Shown here one piece after another: positions 54,217-63,187 of a DNA stretch of 64,000 nt. Origin of the DNA: an uncultured virus (IMG/VR IMGVR_UViG_3300044715_001089) (Duplodnaviria > Heunggongvirae > Uroviricota > Caudoviricetes). The notes below the pieces were generated by a model, which made no database searches, was not told the origin of the DNA, and saw only the letters and a list, made by a program, of their open reading frames with translations. Every line of letters starts with the position of its first letter. Within the stretch, counting starts at the first letter, position 1. The position numbers and the translations under genes were made by a program. The stretch is taken from the IMG/VR virus record IMGVR_UViG_3300044715_001089, one strand, 5' to 3'.

Positions 54217-54624
54217 CTAACGTTTTATATGGACGTTAGTTGTATTGACAGGTTTACGCTGTCCAGATTGTTCTACATGATCATAGATTTGTTTTGCTTG
54301 CTCAAGGGTAAAAGAAGTCAAATCATTATTGAGGTAATGAACAATTATCTTATTACGGGCTTCTTGAGTATAGCCACCCCATATACCATGGTATTGATAC
54401 ATGATTGCATCGTAAAGACAATTAGCTTTAACAGGACAGTTTTTGCAAACGCTTAAAGCTCTATTGGCTTCAGGGGATTTAGGTTGAGCAAAGAACCAAT
54501 TGCTATTGACTTCCTTAGAAGAGCAAGAAGCTTTGTGTCTCCAACCATTTTCATTAGCAGAAATAATATTAAAGTCATCTAGCTTTTTAGAGCCTTTTGG
54601 TTTTCTACTAGTTTTTTTCAACAA
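54217..54624 (-). CDS. whiB: WhiB-family transcription factor
   Basis: 'W...ASC...WFF...A..VCKNCPVKANCL..A......GIWGG.T...R'. Confidence 0.9.
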   Translation of the reverse strand: MLKKTSRKPKGSKKLDDFNIISANENGWRHKASCSSKEVNSNWFFAQPKSPEANRALSVCKNCPVKANCLYDAIMYQYHGIWGGYTQEARNKIIVHYLNNDLTSFTLEQAKQIYDHVEQSGQRKPVNTTNVHIKR

Positions 54625-54892
54625 CTTCTCCAGATTTGATTAACTCAATTGATTGATTGATTTTTTTGTTTAATGATTCAAGGATTGCACTAGTTTCTTG
54701 TAGCGCATCCAATGTTGATTTGGAATCTTTACTTTGCATATACTCAACAACAGAAGAAAGATTTATGAGAACTTGTTTGGGCATCCAAATAATTTCTTTG
54801 AATAAAGAATAGATATCGTTATAATTATTCAGTATAACATCATGTTCATTGATGACTGAATTAATTATATCATCTAATTGTTCGGATTCCAT
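54608..54892 (-). CDS. Hypothetical protein
   Basis: 94-aa ORF. Confidence 0.65.
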   Translation of the reverse strand: MESEQLDDIINSVINEHDVILNNYNDIYSLFKEIIWMPKQVLINLSSVVEYMQSKDSKSTLDALQETSAILESLNKKINQSIELIKSGEVVEKN

Positions 54893-54910
54893 AAGAACCT
54901 TTCGGTAAAG

Positions 54911-54987
54911 TGCGGGTGACGGGATTTGAACCCGCGTGCCACCAACTACCCTTTCTACACTTTATAAGAGTGAGGGGATACACCCGC
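54911..54987 (-). ncRNA. Non-canonical tRNA-like RNA lacking a D-arm, anticodon-like loop TAT (Ile)
   Basis: GCGGGTG/CACCCGC-A acceptor; T arm GCGGG-TTCAAAT-CCCGT; CACT-CTTATAA-AGTG; 8-nt linker replaces the D-arm; 22-nt extra region. Confidence 0.75.
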
Positions 54988-55030
54988 TTGATAAGCTGGG
55001 GTAGTATCGGTGGTTATTCGAAAGTCTAAT

Positions 55031-55562
55031 TTAAATGATAGATGCTTTGTCATTGTATCTCGGTAATGGTTGTTGTGCGGTTATAAAACAAAGAGCCTCT
55101 TTACCTCGTGGAGTAATAGTATACTGTTTGTTTTTGCAAATAGCAAATTGCTGATCAATTAAATTGTTAAGCAAATCCTGAACATCATAAGAAGAATCAA
55201 ACTTATTAGGATTAAATGTATAAATATCTTTTTGAGTTGAAGGTCTAGAATTTTTCATCTTTAAATATTTTAATACTAGATGAATGCTAGAATCTCTTTT
55301 GATATTAATTATAGTCATCGTATTCTTCTTCTTCCTTAGGCATAAAAGATTTTCTGGTATAGAATCGTTGTCTTAACCATGGATTAAACCTATGGTAAAG
55401 TCCACCCATAGTATTTTTATAAAGAACAAGTGCATCAATATGATCTGACTCACTGAGCTTTTTATAATATACTTCAAGAACTTTCATTCTCATACTCAAA
55501 GGAGGATGTTTAATGCTCTGCTTGTTTTGAAATGACATATTAGCAAATCCTAAATCCGCCAC
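55031..55562 (-). CDS. Winged-helix-like protein (55031-55318) and hypothetical protein (55305-55562)
   Basis: 'YTITPRGKEAL' is typical of wHTH ends. Confidence 0.55.
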
Positions 55563-56022
55563 AATTTTGCAAGAATAGTTGGAACTCTACGAGAAGATCA
55601 TAATCCATATGGTAATGAGTAGCAAAGTTAGCTACTTTTAAAGTACCTTGGCAAGAGTTACATTGTTTAGTAACACTCTGTTCTTGACCATTAGCATCTG
55701 CTTCTTTCCAAACACGAACACCTAAGCCTTCACAATACTTGCAATCATCCAATGGAAGAGAATCCATGTGGGCTTTGTATTGTTCAATATATGCTTTTAT
55801 AGTTCCATCTTCTAAATCTTTTTTTAAAAGTTTAGCAAGAGTTATAGAGTCTTTAGCACTTAAACCTGCGCCAGAATTATCATGGGGGCTTTCGCACTTA
55901 GAACAAATAGTAGGGTGGAGTTGGTCTAAACAATCCCACATAGGATGCCAGTACCATACGTTGGCACGAAAGTATTCACCAAGTTCGTTCTTTGGCTTAT
56001 TGCCATAGACGTCCATACCCAT
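55540..56022 (-). CDS. Hypothetical protein with DnaJ-like CxxCxGxG zinc finger
   Basis: 'MGMDVYG', 'CKYCEGLG', 'CNSCQGT'. Confidence 0.7.
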   Translation of the reverse strand: MGMDVYGNKPKNELGEYFRANVWYWHPMWDCLDQLHPTICSKCESPHDNSGAGLSAKDSITLAKLLKKDLEDGTIKAYIEQYKAHMDSLPLDDCKYCEGLGVRVWKEADANGQEQSVTKQCNSCQGTLKVANFATHYHMDYDLLVEFQLFLQNCGGFRIC

Positions 56023-56037
56023 TTGGGTTCTCCTTAA

Positions 56038-56301
56038 TTAGGCGGTGTAAACATCACCGTTTTGTTGTATCTTTGCATCTTCATAAGGTGCTGCAATTCT
56101 ACGATAAAGTTCAAGTTTTGCGCATTCTAATACGCCAATAGCTTCATTGATACTAGAATAGTTTTTACCATGACTTGAAATATAATGATCAACTATCTTG
56201 GTAATGAAATAGTTTAACTCACCTGGAGTTTGTATTGCATTATTTTTAAAAGAAATCTTTTCATCAAAAAAGCTTCTATCAGATTGTTCAATATATGGCA
56301 T
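56038..56301 (-). CDS. Conserved phage protein (DUF6899-like)
   Basis: 'MPYI...GELNY.IT...[19 protein letters not shown]...NGDVY'. Confidence 0.7.
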   Translation of the reverse strand: MPYIEQSDRSFFDEKISFKNNAIQTPGELNYFITKIVDHYISSHGKNYSSINEAIGVLECAKLELYRRIAAPYEDAKIQQNGDVYTA

Positions 56302-56657
56302 TAGTTACCTTCTTGAAATGCGGACCAAACATCTACCTCATCGAGTGATAGATCTTCAGGTTTGATTTTTAATAAGAGTCTATTCTTAAGACTAACTACT
56401 CTAGTAGGATGTTTTTCAAAACCATTATTAACTAAGTAGTTCTGTAAAGCGTCGACAAGAAGATCTACATCTTCACGGTTTAAATTATATCTTGGCATAT
56501 TAGTCTTCCTGTTTGGGATAATACCAATTATCAGTAGGGGCGTATGCAATTCGAGAAGCAACATAAAATATAAGTATTGCTGCAAACTGCATAACTATAG
56601 ACTCGGTTAATCCAATATAGAATAACCAAATATAGGTGAATAAAAGATTTATCATAG

Positions 56658-56731
56658 TGGGCCTTCCCGGACTCGAACCGAGGACCAAGGCGTTATGAGC
56701 ACCCTGCTCTAACCAACTGAGCTAAAGGCCC
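56658..56731 (-). tRNA. tRNA with CAT anticodon, probably Ile2 (lysidine type)
   Basis: GGGCCTT acceptor, AGCTCAGTTGGTTAGAGC D arm, CTCATAA loop; lacks initiator features. Confidence 0.85.
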
Positions 56732-56732
56732 G

Positions 56733-56861
56733 TAGGACAGTTGTGACCACCTTATCTGGGGAGAAAGGTGGATTGGTATATTCACTTTGTGGACGGGCCA
56801 GTCGTAAACGAGTGGGGATCCGTAACAATGGGGACTGTAAGCTCCCGAAATAAAATGCCTA
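56733..56861 (-). ncRNA. Candidate structured RNA upstream of tRNA-Ile2
   Basis: GC-rich, non-coding; three hairpins closed by TAGG/CCTA. Confidence 0.4.
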
Positions 56862-56867
56862 GAGCAA

Positions 56868-57068
56868 TTAAACTCTTCCGGCAGTTACAAAATAACTACG
56901 AACTTCTGCAGTTAGAAACATAAGAGAAGGTTGATCGTACTTATCGTACTCAACTTCTGTCTCTAGTCTATCCCGAAGTTCTTCTGTAATCAGTTGAACT
57001 GCATCTGCATCGTCTTGAAATTCACCAGGAATATCCATGGTTATTTCAGCTGTAAATTTAATTTTCAT
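56868..57068 (-). CDS. Hypothetical protein
   Basis: MKIKFTAEITMD... with AAGGT SD. Confidence 0.6.
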   Translation of the reverse strand: MKIKFTAEITMDIPGEFQDDADAVQLITEELRDRLETEVEYDKYDQPSLMFLTAEVRSYFVTAGRV

Positions 57069-57078
57069 AACTACCTTA

Positions 57079-57279
57079 TTAGAGTGGGCGGACGTTCTTA
57101 GCTTCCATGCCTTTTTGGCCTTGACCAACTTCAAACTCTACTTCTTGACCGGTAGCCAAAGAACGGCGACCTGTACCTTCGATGTTTGAGAAGTGAACGA
57201 ATAAATCGTCACCGTTTTCACGTGAAATAAAGCCGAAGCCTTTTTCATCATTGAAGAATTTTACTGTACCTTTGTTCAT
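57079..57279 (-). CDS. cspA: Cold-shock protein
   Basis: '[15 protein letters not shown]...DLFVHFSNI...GQ.VEFEV..G.KG..A.NV'. Confidence 0.95.
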   Translation of the reverse strand: MNKGTVKFFNDEKGFGFISRENGDDLFVHFSNIEGTGRRSLATGQEVEFEVGQGQKGMEAKNVRPL

Positions 57280-57547
57280 TATATATCTTTCATTTGTTTC
57301 TAATATTTATTAAGTATAGCATAGATTAGATCTACTGGGGGACTGGCTCTTCTTGAGCCAGAAGATAAAGCCTAATATCAAGAAGAAGATCAGTCATTTC
57401 ATTGGTGGAAACAAGATCTCTACCTGATATATCTTTAATAGCTTTATCTATGAGATTAGTTGCTAGTTGTTTAGGAGTTGCTTCCATTGTGTTTACCCTC
57501 TAACTTTTGGATTTGTATTGTATATAGTACAGACACATCTTTAATAG

Positions 57548-57620
57548 TGCGCCCTCCGGGGTTCGAACCCGGGACACATGGATTAAAAGTCCACTGCTCT
57601 ACCAACTGAGCTAAAGGCGC
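57548..57620 (-). tRNA. tRNA-Lys(TTT)
   Basis: GCGCCTT acceptor, GTGGA-CTTTTAA-TCCAT, GGTTCGAACCC. Confidence 0.95.
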
Positions 57621-58185
57621 TTGTTTTCAGTTGCTTTGCGAGCAGATTCAATCATCTCTTTAATTTCTTTATCTTCTTCATGGAACCCAATAAAAGTTAA
57701 GATGCCCCACAAAGAACCAATAGCAATGATTACATAAGCTATCATTATAAGTATGGTTGATTCTTAGATGTAAGGTTTTTAAAATTCTTACGCTTTTTTA
57801 TCTTATAGCCATTAGCTTTAAGTTCATCAACTATCTGTTCTGGTATACCATACCAAACAGTAATGCCATTACGAGTTAAAACATGAGCAATAATGTCTAG
57901 CTTATCTTTAACATGCATTTTAATGTAAGTCATTCGTAATATCCTTGATTTCTAGTGGGAACTCCATAAGGAGTCTGATGCATTTTATTGTATGATTTAT
58001 GACGTTGTCTAGCTGTTCGTTTAAAACGAATACGGATAATAAGTTGTTTAATAGAATGAATCATATTCAGTCCTTATATTTATAAGCATCATATATAATG
58101 CAAAGTATTGTTCCACCAACAATTGATATGCACATAGTCATAGCAAAAAAGTTCATAAAAAATACTGCCTTTAAATTTAAATTAA

Positions 58186-58301
58186 TTGATGGTAGGTAAC
58201 GGGGCGATATGGGGCCACTAGTATCGTTACTTTTAGTTAGCAATTCACACCGGCTTATTTCTGCGAAAATCGCTTAGTAGGAATTTACCAGCTACCATCA
58301 A
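58186..58301. ncRNA. Candidate structured RNA, copy 1
   Basis: Perfect 10-bp terminal stem TTGATGGTAG/CTACCATCAA; inner stem GTAACG/CGTTAC. Confidence 0.55.
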
Positions 58302-58308
58302 ACTTATC

Positions 58309-58407
58309 TAGCTAGTAGTAGTTACGGGGAATATAGGCCCACGTGCTGTGTGTAACTATTAATATCGTTCCGAATTCCAAATAGTAAATCGAACACGCTA
58401 CTAGCTA
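58309..58407. ncRNA. Candidate structured RNA, copy 2
   Basis: Perfect 10-bp terminal stem TAGCTAGTAG/CTACTAGCTA; inner stem TAGTTAC/GTAACTA; loop motif shared with copy 1. Confidence 0.55.
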
Positions 58408-58412
58408 AAATC

Positions 58413-58709
58413 TTAAGAAGAAAAATCAACGTAAGTTACGTTGTCATTATTGTTGTGCAAATTTTGAGGATCATAAACAAGAACTTTAGAGACAGCTTGT
58501 TTGTAGTTCCTCCATGCAGGGTGATTTAACTTTTCTTCAGGAATGTCATCGCCATATTCTCCCCGATGAATAAAAAGAAATCTTCCATCTGGGAACATGA
58601 AATCTATTCTATAACCATCAGCAGCCATAAAAGCCTCTAATGATTCTTCTAATGTTTTGTGTTCTAATGTCACTCCTTCGAGTGACCGTGTTCCAAATGT
58701 AATAGTCAT
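58413..58709 (-). CDS. Hypothetical protein
   Basis: 98-aa ORF. Confidence 0.7.
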   Translation of the reverse strand: MTITFGTRSLEGVTLEHKTLEESLEAFMAADGYRIDFMFPDGRFLFIHRGEYGDDIPEEKLNHPAWRNYKQAVSKVLVYDPQNLHNNNDNVTYVDFSS

Positions 58710-58918
58710 TTAATATACTTCCATTTATCTATTCCAGGGATAAGACCTAATGCAGATCCGTTATCCCAATCAACAAAGACTGTACCAATATCATCTATAT
58801 AAGATATAGTTCCTTTGGTACCAGGTGTCATTGGGGTGAACTCATCAGTGCAATCAACAAGTTCTATCCTTCTACCAATAAGAGAAGACATCTGTGCTTT
58901 AATTATTTGACTGTCCAT
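58706..58918 (-). CDS. DUF4314-like protein
   Basis: 'G.RIEL....D.....PGT.GTI..IDD.GT..V.WDNGS.LGLI.G.D'. Confidence 0.8.
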   Translation of the reverse strand: MDSQIIKAQMSSLIGRRIELVDCTDEFTPMTPGTKGTISYIDDIGTVFVDWDNGSALGLIPGIDKWKYIK

Positions 58919-58921
58919 ATA

Positions 58922-60154
58922 TCAAATCTTAATGTTAGGTGTAAAAGTCACAGGGATAGATCTTGGACCGACTACTGATTCGTAAGCTTCTTTATAAAGA
59001 ACTTCTCCAGTAATTTTATAATCTGGCATTCTTTTTGCAACAACTTTCATACATTCCTGCATTTGAGCTCGTGCTAAAGAAGCACCGAGACAGTAATGAA
59101 TTCCACCACCATAAGACAGGGTAATGCCCTTTGTTGCTTTACGATCAAGAATAAATTCAGATGCGTTTTCAAAAGCTAAGTCATCGTAATTATTAACACC
59201 CAATGCTGGGGAGATAATTGTTCCCTTAGGGAATAAGACTCCATTGTATTCAATGTCTTCTGAAGCAATTCTCATTACATATTTAAAAACAGAATCTAAG
59301 CGAGTAGACTCTTCTATTATATCTTCAACATTTAAATCATTGGCTAACATCGATATTAAATCTGGTCTCTCAGATAGCATAACTGCTATAAGACCAAGCT
59401 GTGCTCTAGTCGTATCCATGCCTGCCATCAGAACTACTTGGATAAGAGATTGTATTTCTTGATCTGATAATTTTTGACCATCAAATTCTGCGTCAATTAA
59501 CATAGAAACAAGGTCATTGCCTTTGTTTTCTTTTTTGCTGATGATTAAATTATTAGTATATTGATCTAATTCATTTTGAGTATTTAATATAACTTCGCTA
59601 TGGTGTTCAAAGTTTCCACCAAATGTTTTGAAGGTATCATCAGCCCATTGACTAAACTTCTCCCAATCTGAATTGGGGACTCCTACTATCTTAGAGATAA
59701 TGTATGATGGATACTTGTTGAATACATCTTTTTGCAAATCGCATTGACCGCTTTCGATGACATCATTAAGAACTTGATTGATAGCATCTTGCATGTCTGG
59801 TCGAAGAAGCTCAGCTGTCTTTGGTGAAAAAACTGGAGCAATTATCTTTCTGAGTCTTGAATGATCTTCGCCTTCTAAGTTAATTATTAATTTTTTCCTA
59901 CTCATCTTAATCTCTTCAGTAAAATGAGGATTAAGTTCGCTTAATAAATACAAACCATTGTGCCATCTCTTGTCTTTCAACATAGCAGCAGAATGCTTGT
60001 GGTCTAAAATCACATAAGAAAGTTTTGTTGTGCCAATCCAGTTTTGCTTATGAGCTTCTAAACCAATTTTAAATTGATCATAAGTTGTTAAATCAGATTT
60101 AATAAGTTTAGGTGGTACATAAGGAAGATCTAGTTCAGATACTAGAATAGACAT
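58922..60154 (-). CDS. Cytochrome P450
   Basis: 'H.RLRK', 'AGMDTT', 'EESTR' (ExxR), heme motif 'YGGGIHYCLG'. Confidence 0.92.
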   Translation of the reverse strand: MSILVSELDLPYVPPKLIKSDLTTYDQFKIGLEAHKQNWIGTTKLSYVILDHKHSAAMLKDKRWHNGLYLLSELNPHFTEEIKMSRKKLIINLEGEDHSRLRKIIAPVFSPKTAELLRPDMQDAINQVLNDVIESGQCDLQKDVFNKYPSYIISKIVGVPNSDWEKFSQWADDTFKTFGGNFEHHSEVILNTQNELDQYTNNLIISKKENKGNDLVSMLIDAEFDGQKLSDQEIQSLIQVVLMAGMDTTRAQLGLIAVMLSERPDLISMLANDLNVEDIIEESTRLDSVFKYVMRIASEDIEYNGVLFPKGTIISPALGVNNYDDLAFENASEFILDRKATKGITLSYGGGIHYCLGASLARAQMQECMKVVAKRMPDYKITGEVLYKEAYESVVGPRSIPVTFTPNIKI

Positions 60155-60172
60155 AAAATGTTTCCTTAAATA

Positions 60173-60673
60173 TTAATTGGAGTTAGAAAGATAAAGGTTA
60201 AGATCACCTTTATATTCATCGCAAATATAAGTGATAGCTCCAAAGATTACTGAAGCATACAAAGCAGCATCGGTTTCGCCAGAAGAACTATTTGAAAGAT
60301 AACCTACGATATAAGGAATTGTTCTACCATTATCTAAGGCAGAACAAATAGTATCTCCATATTCAATAAGAGAAGCTTTAGTAATTGTATTAGCTTGACC
60401 AGAGTTATTATAAACATGGTCAAGATAAGCTTCATACTTGTTGACAACTGGAGCTGGAGCATAAGTTTGCACTGGGGCAGGCGGTGTGGTAACTACAGAA
60501 TCTGATGTTTTACTCCCAGATGCTAAAAGAATACCAATGAGTAATGCAACAACTGCAATTAGTCCCATGATAATTCCCATTTGTTTCATACCTGCACCTG
60601 GCTTAGGAGCTTGAGGTGTTGGTGGGTCTAGTAAAATATCGTTCATTTTTTTCCTTATTATAGTGTATTGCAT
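60173..60673 (-). CDS. Membrane-anchored DUF732-like protein
   Basis: TM helix, Pro/Thr linker, 'YG..IC..LD.G...A...IC'. Confidence 0.6.
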   Translation of the reverse strand: MQYTIIRKKMNDILLDPPTPQAPKPGAGMKQMGIIMGLIAVVALLIGILLASGSKTSDSVVTTPPAPVQTYAPAPVVNKYEAYLDHVYNNSGQANTITKASLIEYGDTICSALDNGRTIPYIVGYLSNSSSGETDAALYASVIFGAITYICDEYKGDLNLYLSNSN

Positions 60674-60675
60674 AG

Positions 60676-60759
60676 TACCCGAGACCGGACTTGAACCGGT
60701 AAGAGGTTGCCCTCCGGGGGGTTTAAGCCCCCTGCGTCTGCCTATTCCGCCACTCGGGC
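60676..60759 (-). tRNA. tRNA-Leu(TAA)
   Basis: GCCCGAG acceptor, GGGGG-CTTAAAC-CCCCC arm, long variable arm, GGTTCAAGTCC. Confidence 0.93.
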
Positions 60760-60764
60760 AGATG

Positions 60765-61007
60765 TTAGACGAGGTTAGGTTCTAAGACTACGTCTTCGGT
60801 GTTTCCTGCATAAAGTATAACATCTTTCATTGACTTATACCAGTCAATAAGATATTCTACTTTTTCTCCATTAAATTCTCCACCTTCTAAATCTAATACA
60901 GATTGGTGTTGTGGAAGGATATTATGAAGGAATTCAAGTGCTGCAATCGTGTCCACGATGCGGGGGATATCGTCGGGATCTGATCCGACTAAAATGTTAA
61001 TTGACAT
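60765..61007 (-). CDS. Hypothetical protein
   Basis: 80-aa ORF with AGGAG SD. Confidence 0.65.
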   Translation of the reverse strand: MSINILVGSDPDDIPRIVDTIAALEFLHNILPQHQSVLDLEGGEFNGEKVEYLIDWYKSMKDVILYAGNTEDVVLEPNLV

Positions 61008-61181
61008 AAATGTCTCCTATTAATTATAGATTATTTCTTATGTAATCTAATAGACAATCTATACAAAAGTATTTGTTAAACTTAATTGACTTTTCAACTT
61101 TAGTGGATTTTAATCCACATGCTGAACATGTGTTTTGTATAGATCTAATTTGTTTAATGTGAATAGATTTTCTATCTTTTT

Positions 61182-61577
61182 TCATAATACATTAAACCTG
61201 TTAATAATTTCATTCATATACAAAGTAGATATGGAATGAAATCTTTCGTTGTCTTGTATTAAGATAGAGTTGTAACCCAATATTACAGCATTACCATATA
61301 TAACTTCATTAATATAATAAGTATTAGTGTAGTCTCTATATATAGAAGTTGCTAGGATATTAGATTCTTTAATTGATCTTTCATGGTCTTCATGAAAGAT
61401 TAGACAATGGTTATTCTTTAATATTAATAAAGATAAGTTCTCTTCTGATAATCCAGCGTAATTAAAAACATCATTCAATGAAGCTTTAATAACTTGTGGA
61501 TAAGAATCAAAAGGTATTAGAATAGATTGAAAGAAATCATCATCAAAAGATTTATGAACATCTTTCAAGGTCTTCAT
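61182..61577 (-). CDS. Hypothetical protein (DUF3846-like)
   Basis: 'N.LAT......I.GNAVI.G' pattern. Confidence 0.5.
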   Translation of the reverse strand: MKTLKDVHKSFDDDFFQSILIPFDSYPQVIKASLNDVFNYAGLSEENLSLLILKNNHCLIFHEDHERSIKESNILATSIYRDYTNTYYINEVIYGNAVILGYNSILIQDNERFHSISTLYMNEIINRFNVL

Positions 61578-63187
61578 CTATTGACGTCTTCCCACCAAGA
61601 TTTTGGAGCAAGAAAGGATCCTACTGCACCTTGCAGGTAACACCTAATGATACCTGTAGCTTTAGCGTAGGTTCCATCTGTATTCTTTAATCTATAATAG
61701 TTTAAACGGCCAGTATAATCTACTGGAATAGTAAACGTTTGACCACTGTCGCAAGTCAATAGATAATGAGTTAAAACATCTTTGCCATAATAAACATCAA
61801 GATATGTAATCGTGAATACATCATGGAGGTAAGAGTTATAGACAGACGACATAGAGTCTAACGAAACAAGCAATGGTTTTCCTACTGCATATCCAGTAAC
61901 GGGAGGAAGGGTTGTAGTTACTGGGACAGTAGTAGTGGTCACCGGAACAGTAGTAGTAGTTGTTGTAGTAGGTAACGTTGTAGTTGTTGCATTTGGAATA
62001 GTAGTAGTAGTTACTACTGGAGGAACAACCGGTGTAGTAGTGGAATCAATCAAGGACTTCATATTAATTCGCTTAGTTATAATTCCAGTGAAATCATCAA
62101 CAGCAGGCGAAGAAGTAGATTGAAAGTCAGTAATAACTTTATCTACAGATTGGACACCAAACTTGGAACGGTACACGGCTAAAGCTCCGGCAACAAATGG
62201 AGTTGCCATTGAGGTACCAGAAGCTGAACCATAAGATCCCATCAACTTAGAAGAGTTAATGGCATAGCCAGGAGCCGACAGTGTAGTAAACTGAGATACG
62301 TTAGAAAATGTAGTTACTTTATCTGTAGAAGTATAAGTAGCAGCTACGCTAACGGCGGTAGAGATACAAGCAGGAGCTGACATACCAGCAGAATAATTGT
62401 TTCCAGAAGCAATAACTGTAGCAATATTCTTTGACTTTAAATTGTTAATAGCTTGAGTAACATCAGGAAGATAAGAATCGCAAGTAGATCTAAAAACAGT
62501 GTTACCACCAAGTGACATATTAACTGAAGTAATGTTGTAAGTATCAGCTAAAGAGTAGACATAGTTTAAAGCTTTAACCATATCATCATCATAGGCTGCA
62601 CCATATACGTCAAAAATGTTGATAGCTATGATCTTTGCACCTGGGGCAATTCCATGAAACTGTGAGTTGCTACCAGCAATGATACCAGCAACGTGTGTCC
62701 CGTGATAATGCACTGGGACAGCTGCTCCTGGTCCAATCATCTGATTGGTACCATTAGGGCAACGAGTAGCAAAGCAGGCTTCTAGAGCTATCTTATCGGC
62801 TAAGAAAGGATGTGCTTTTTCTACGCCGGTATCAATGACAACAACGTAAGATCCTTGCCCAGTATAACCAGAATCATAAGAATAGTCTGCACCTATCTTA
62901 GGAATAGCTGTGGACAAAGAAAGTTTAAATTTAACTTTAGAGTTAGCAGTAGCAACTTTAGACTTAGTCTTTACAACTTTCTTATAAGAATGAGACTTAA
63001 CTCTTTTGTTAGTCTTTTTCTTAGGTTTAGAATTGGGTTTAGTTATTTCTGAACCGCCCTTGTTTTGGGCAGCTTGGGCTGGAATAGCATTAGTAAGTGT
63101 AAACGTAGTTAACATAACTAATGCTGTTATGTATTTAGTTAATTTATTGTTCATAGAATAGTTTCCGTAGGTGGTATTGACTACCAA
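61574..63187 (-). CDS. Secreted subtilisin-like S8 serine protease
   Basis: Signal peptide; triad motifs 'VIDTG', 'HGTHVAG', 'GTSMATP'; Thr-rich linker. Confidence 0.92.
   Translation of the reverse strand: MVVNTTYGNYSMNNKLTKYITALVMLTTFTLTNAIPAQAAQNKGGSEITKPNSKPKKKTNKRVKSHSYKKVVKTKSKVATANSKVKFKLSLSTAIPKIGADYSYDSGYTGQGSYVVVIDTGVEKAHPFLADKIALEACFATRCPNGTNQMIGPGAAVPVHYHGTHVAGIIAGSNSQFHGIAPGAKIIAINIFDVYGAAYDDDMVKALNYVYSLADTYNITSVNMSLGGNTVFRSTCDSYLPDVTQAINNLKSKNIATVIASGNNYSAGMSAPACISTAVSVAATYTSTDKVTTFSNVSQFTTLSAPGYAINSSKLMGSYGSASGTSMATPFVAGALAVYRSKFGVQSVDKVITDFQSTSSPAVDDFTGIITKRINMKSLIDSTTTPVVPPVVTTTTIPNATTTTLPTTTTTTTVPVTTTTVPVTTTLPPVTGYAVGKPLLVSLDSMSSVYNSYLHDVFTITYLDVYYGKDVLTHYLLTCDSGQTFTIPVDYTGRLNYYRLKNTDGTYAKATGIIRCYLQGAVGSFLAPKSWWEDVNR

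Noticed and set aside
58186..58407. Known self-cleaving ribozymes (hammerhead, pistol, HDV-like)
   Set aside because: I could not match their conserved cores by eye; kept as unknown ncRNA candidates.
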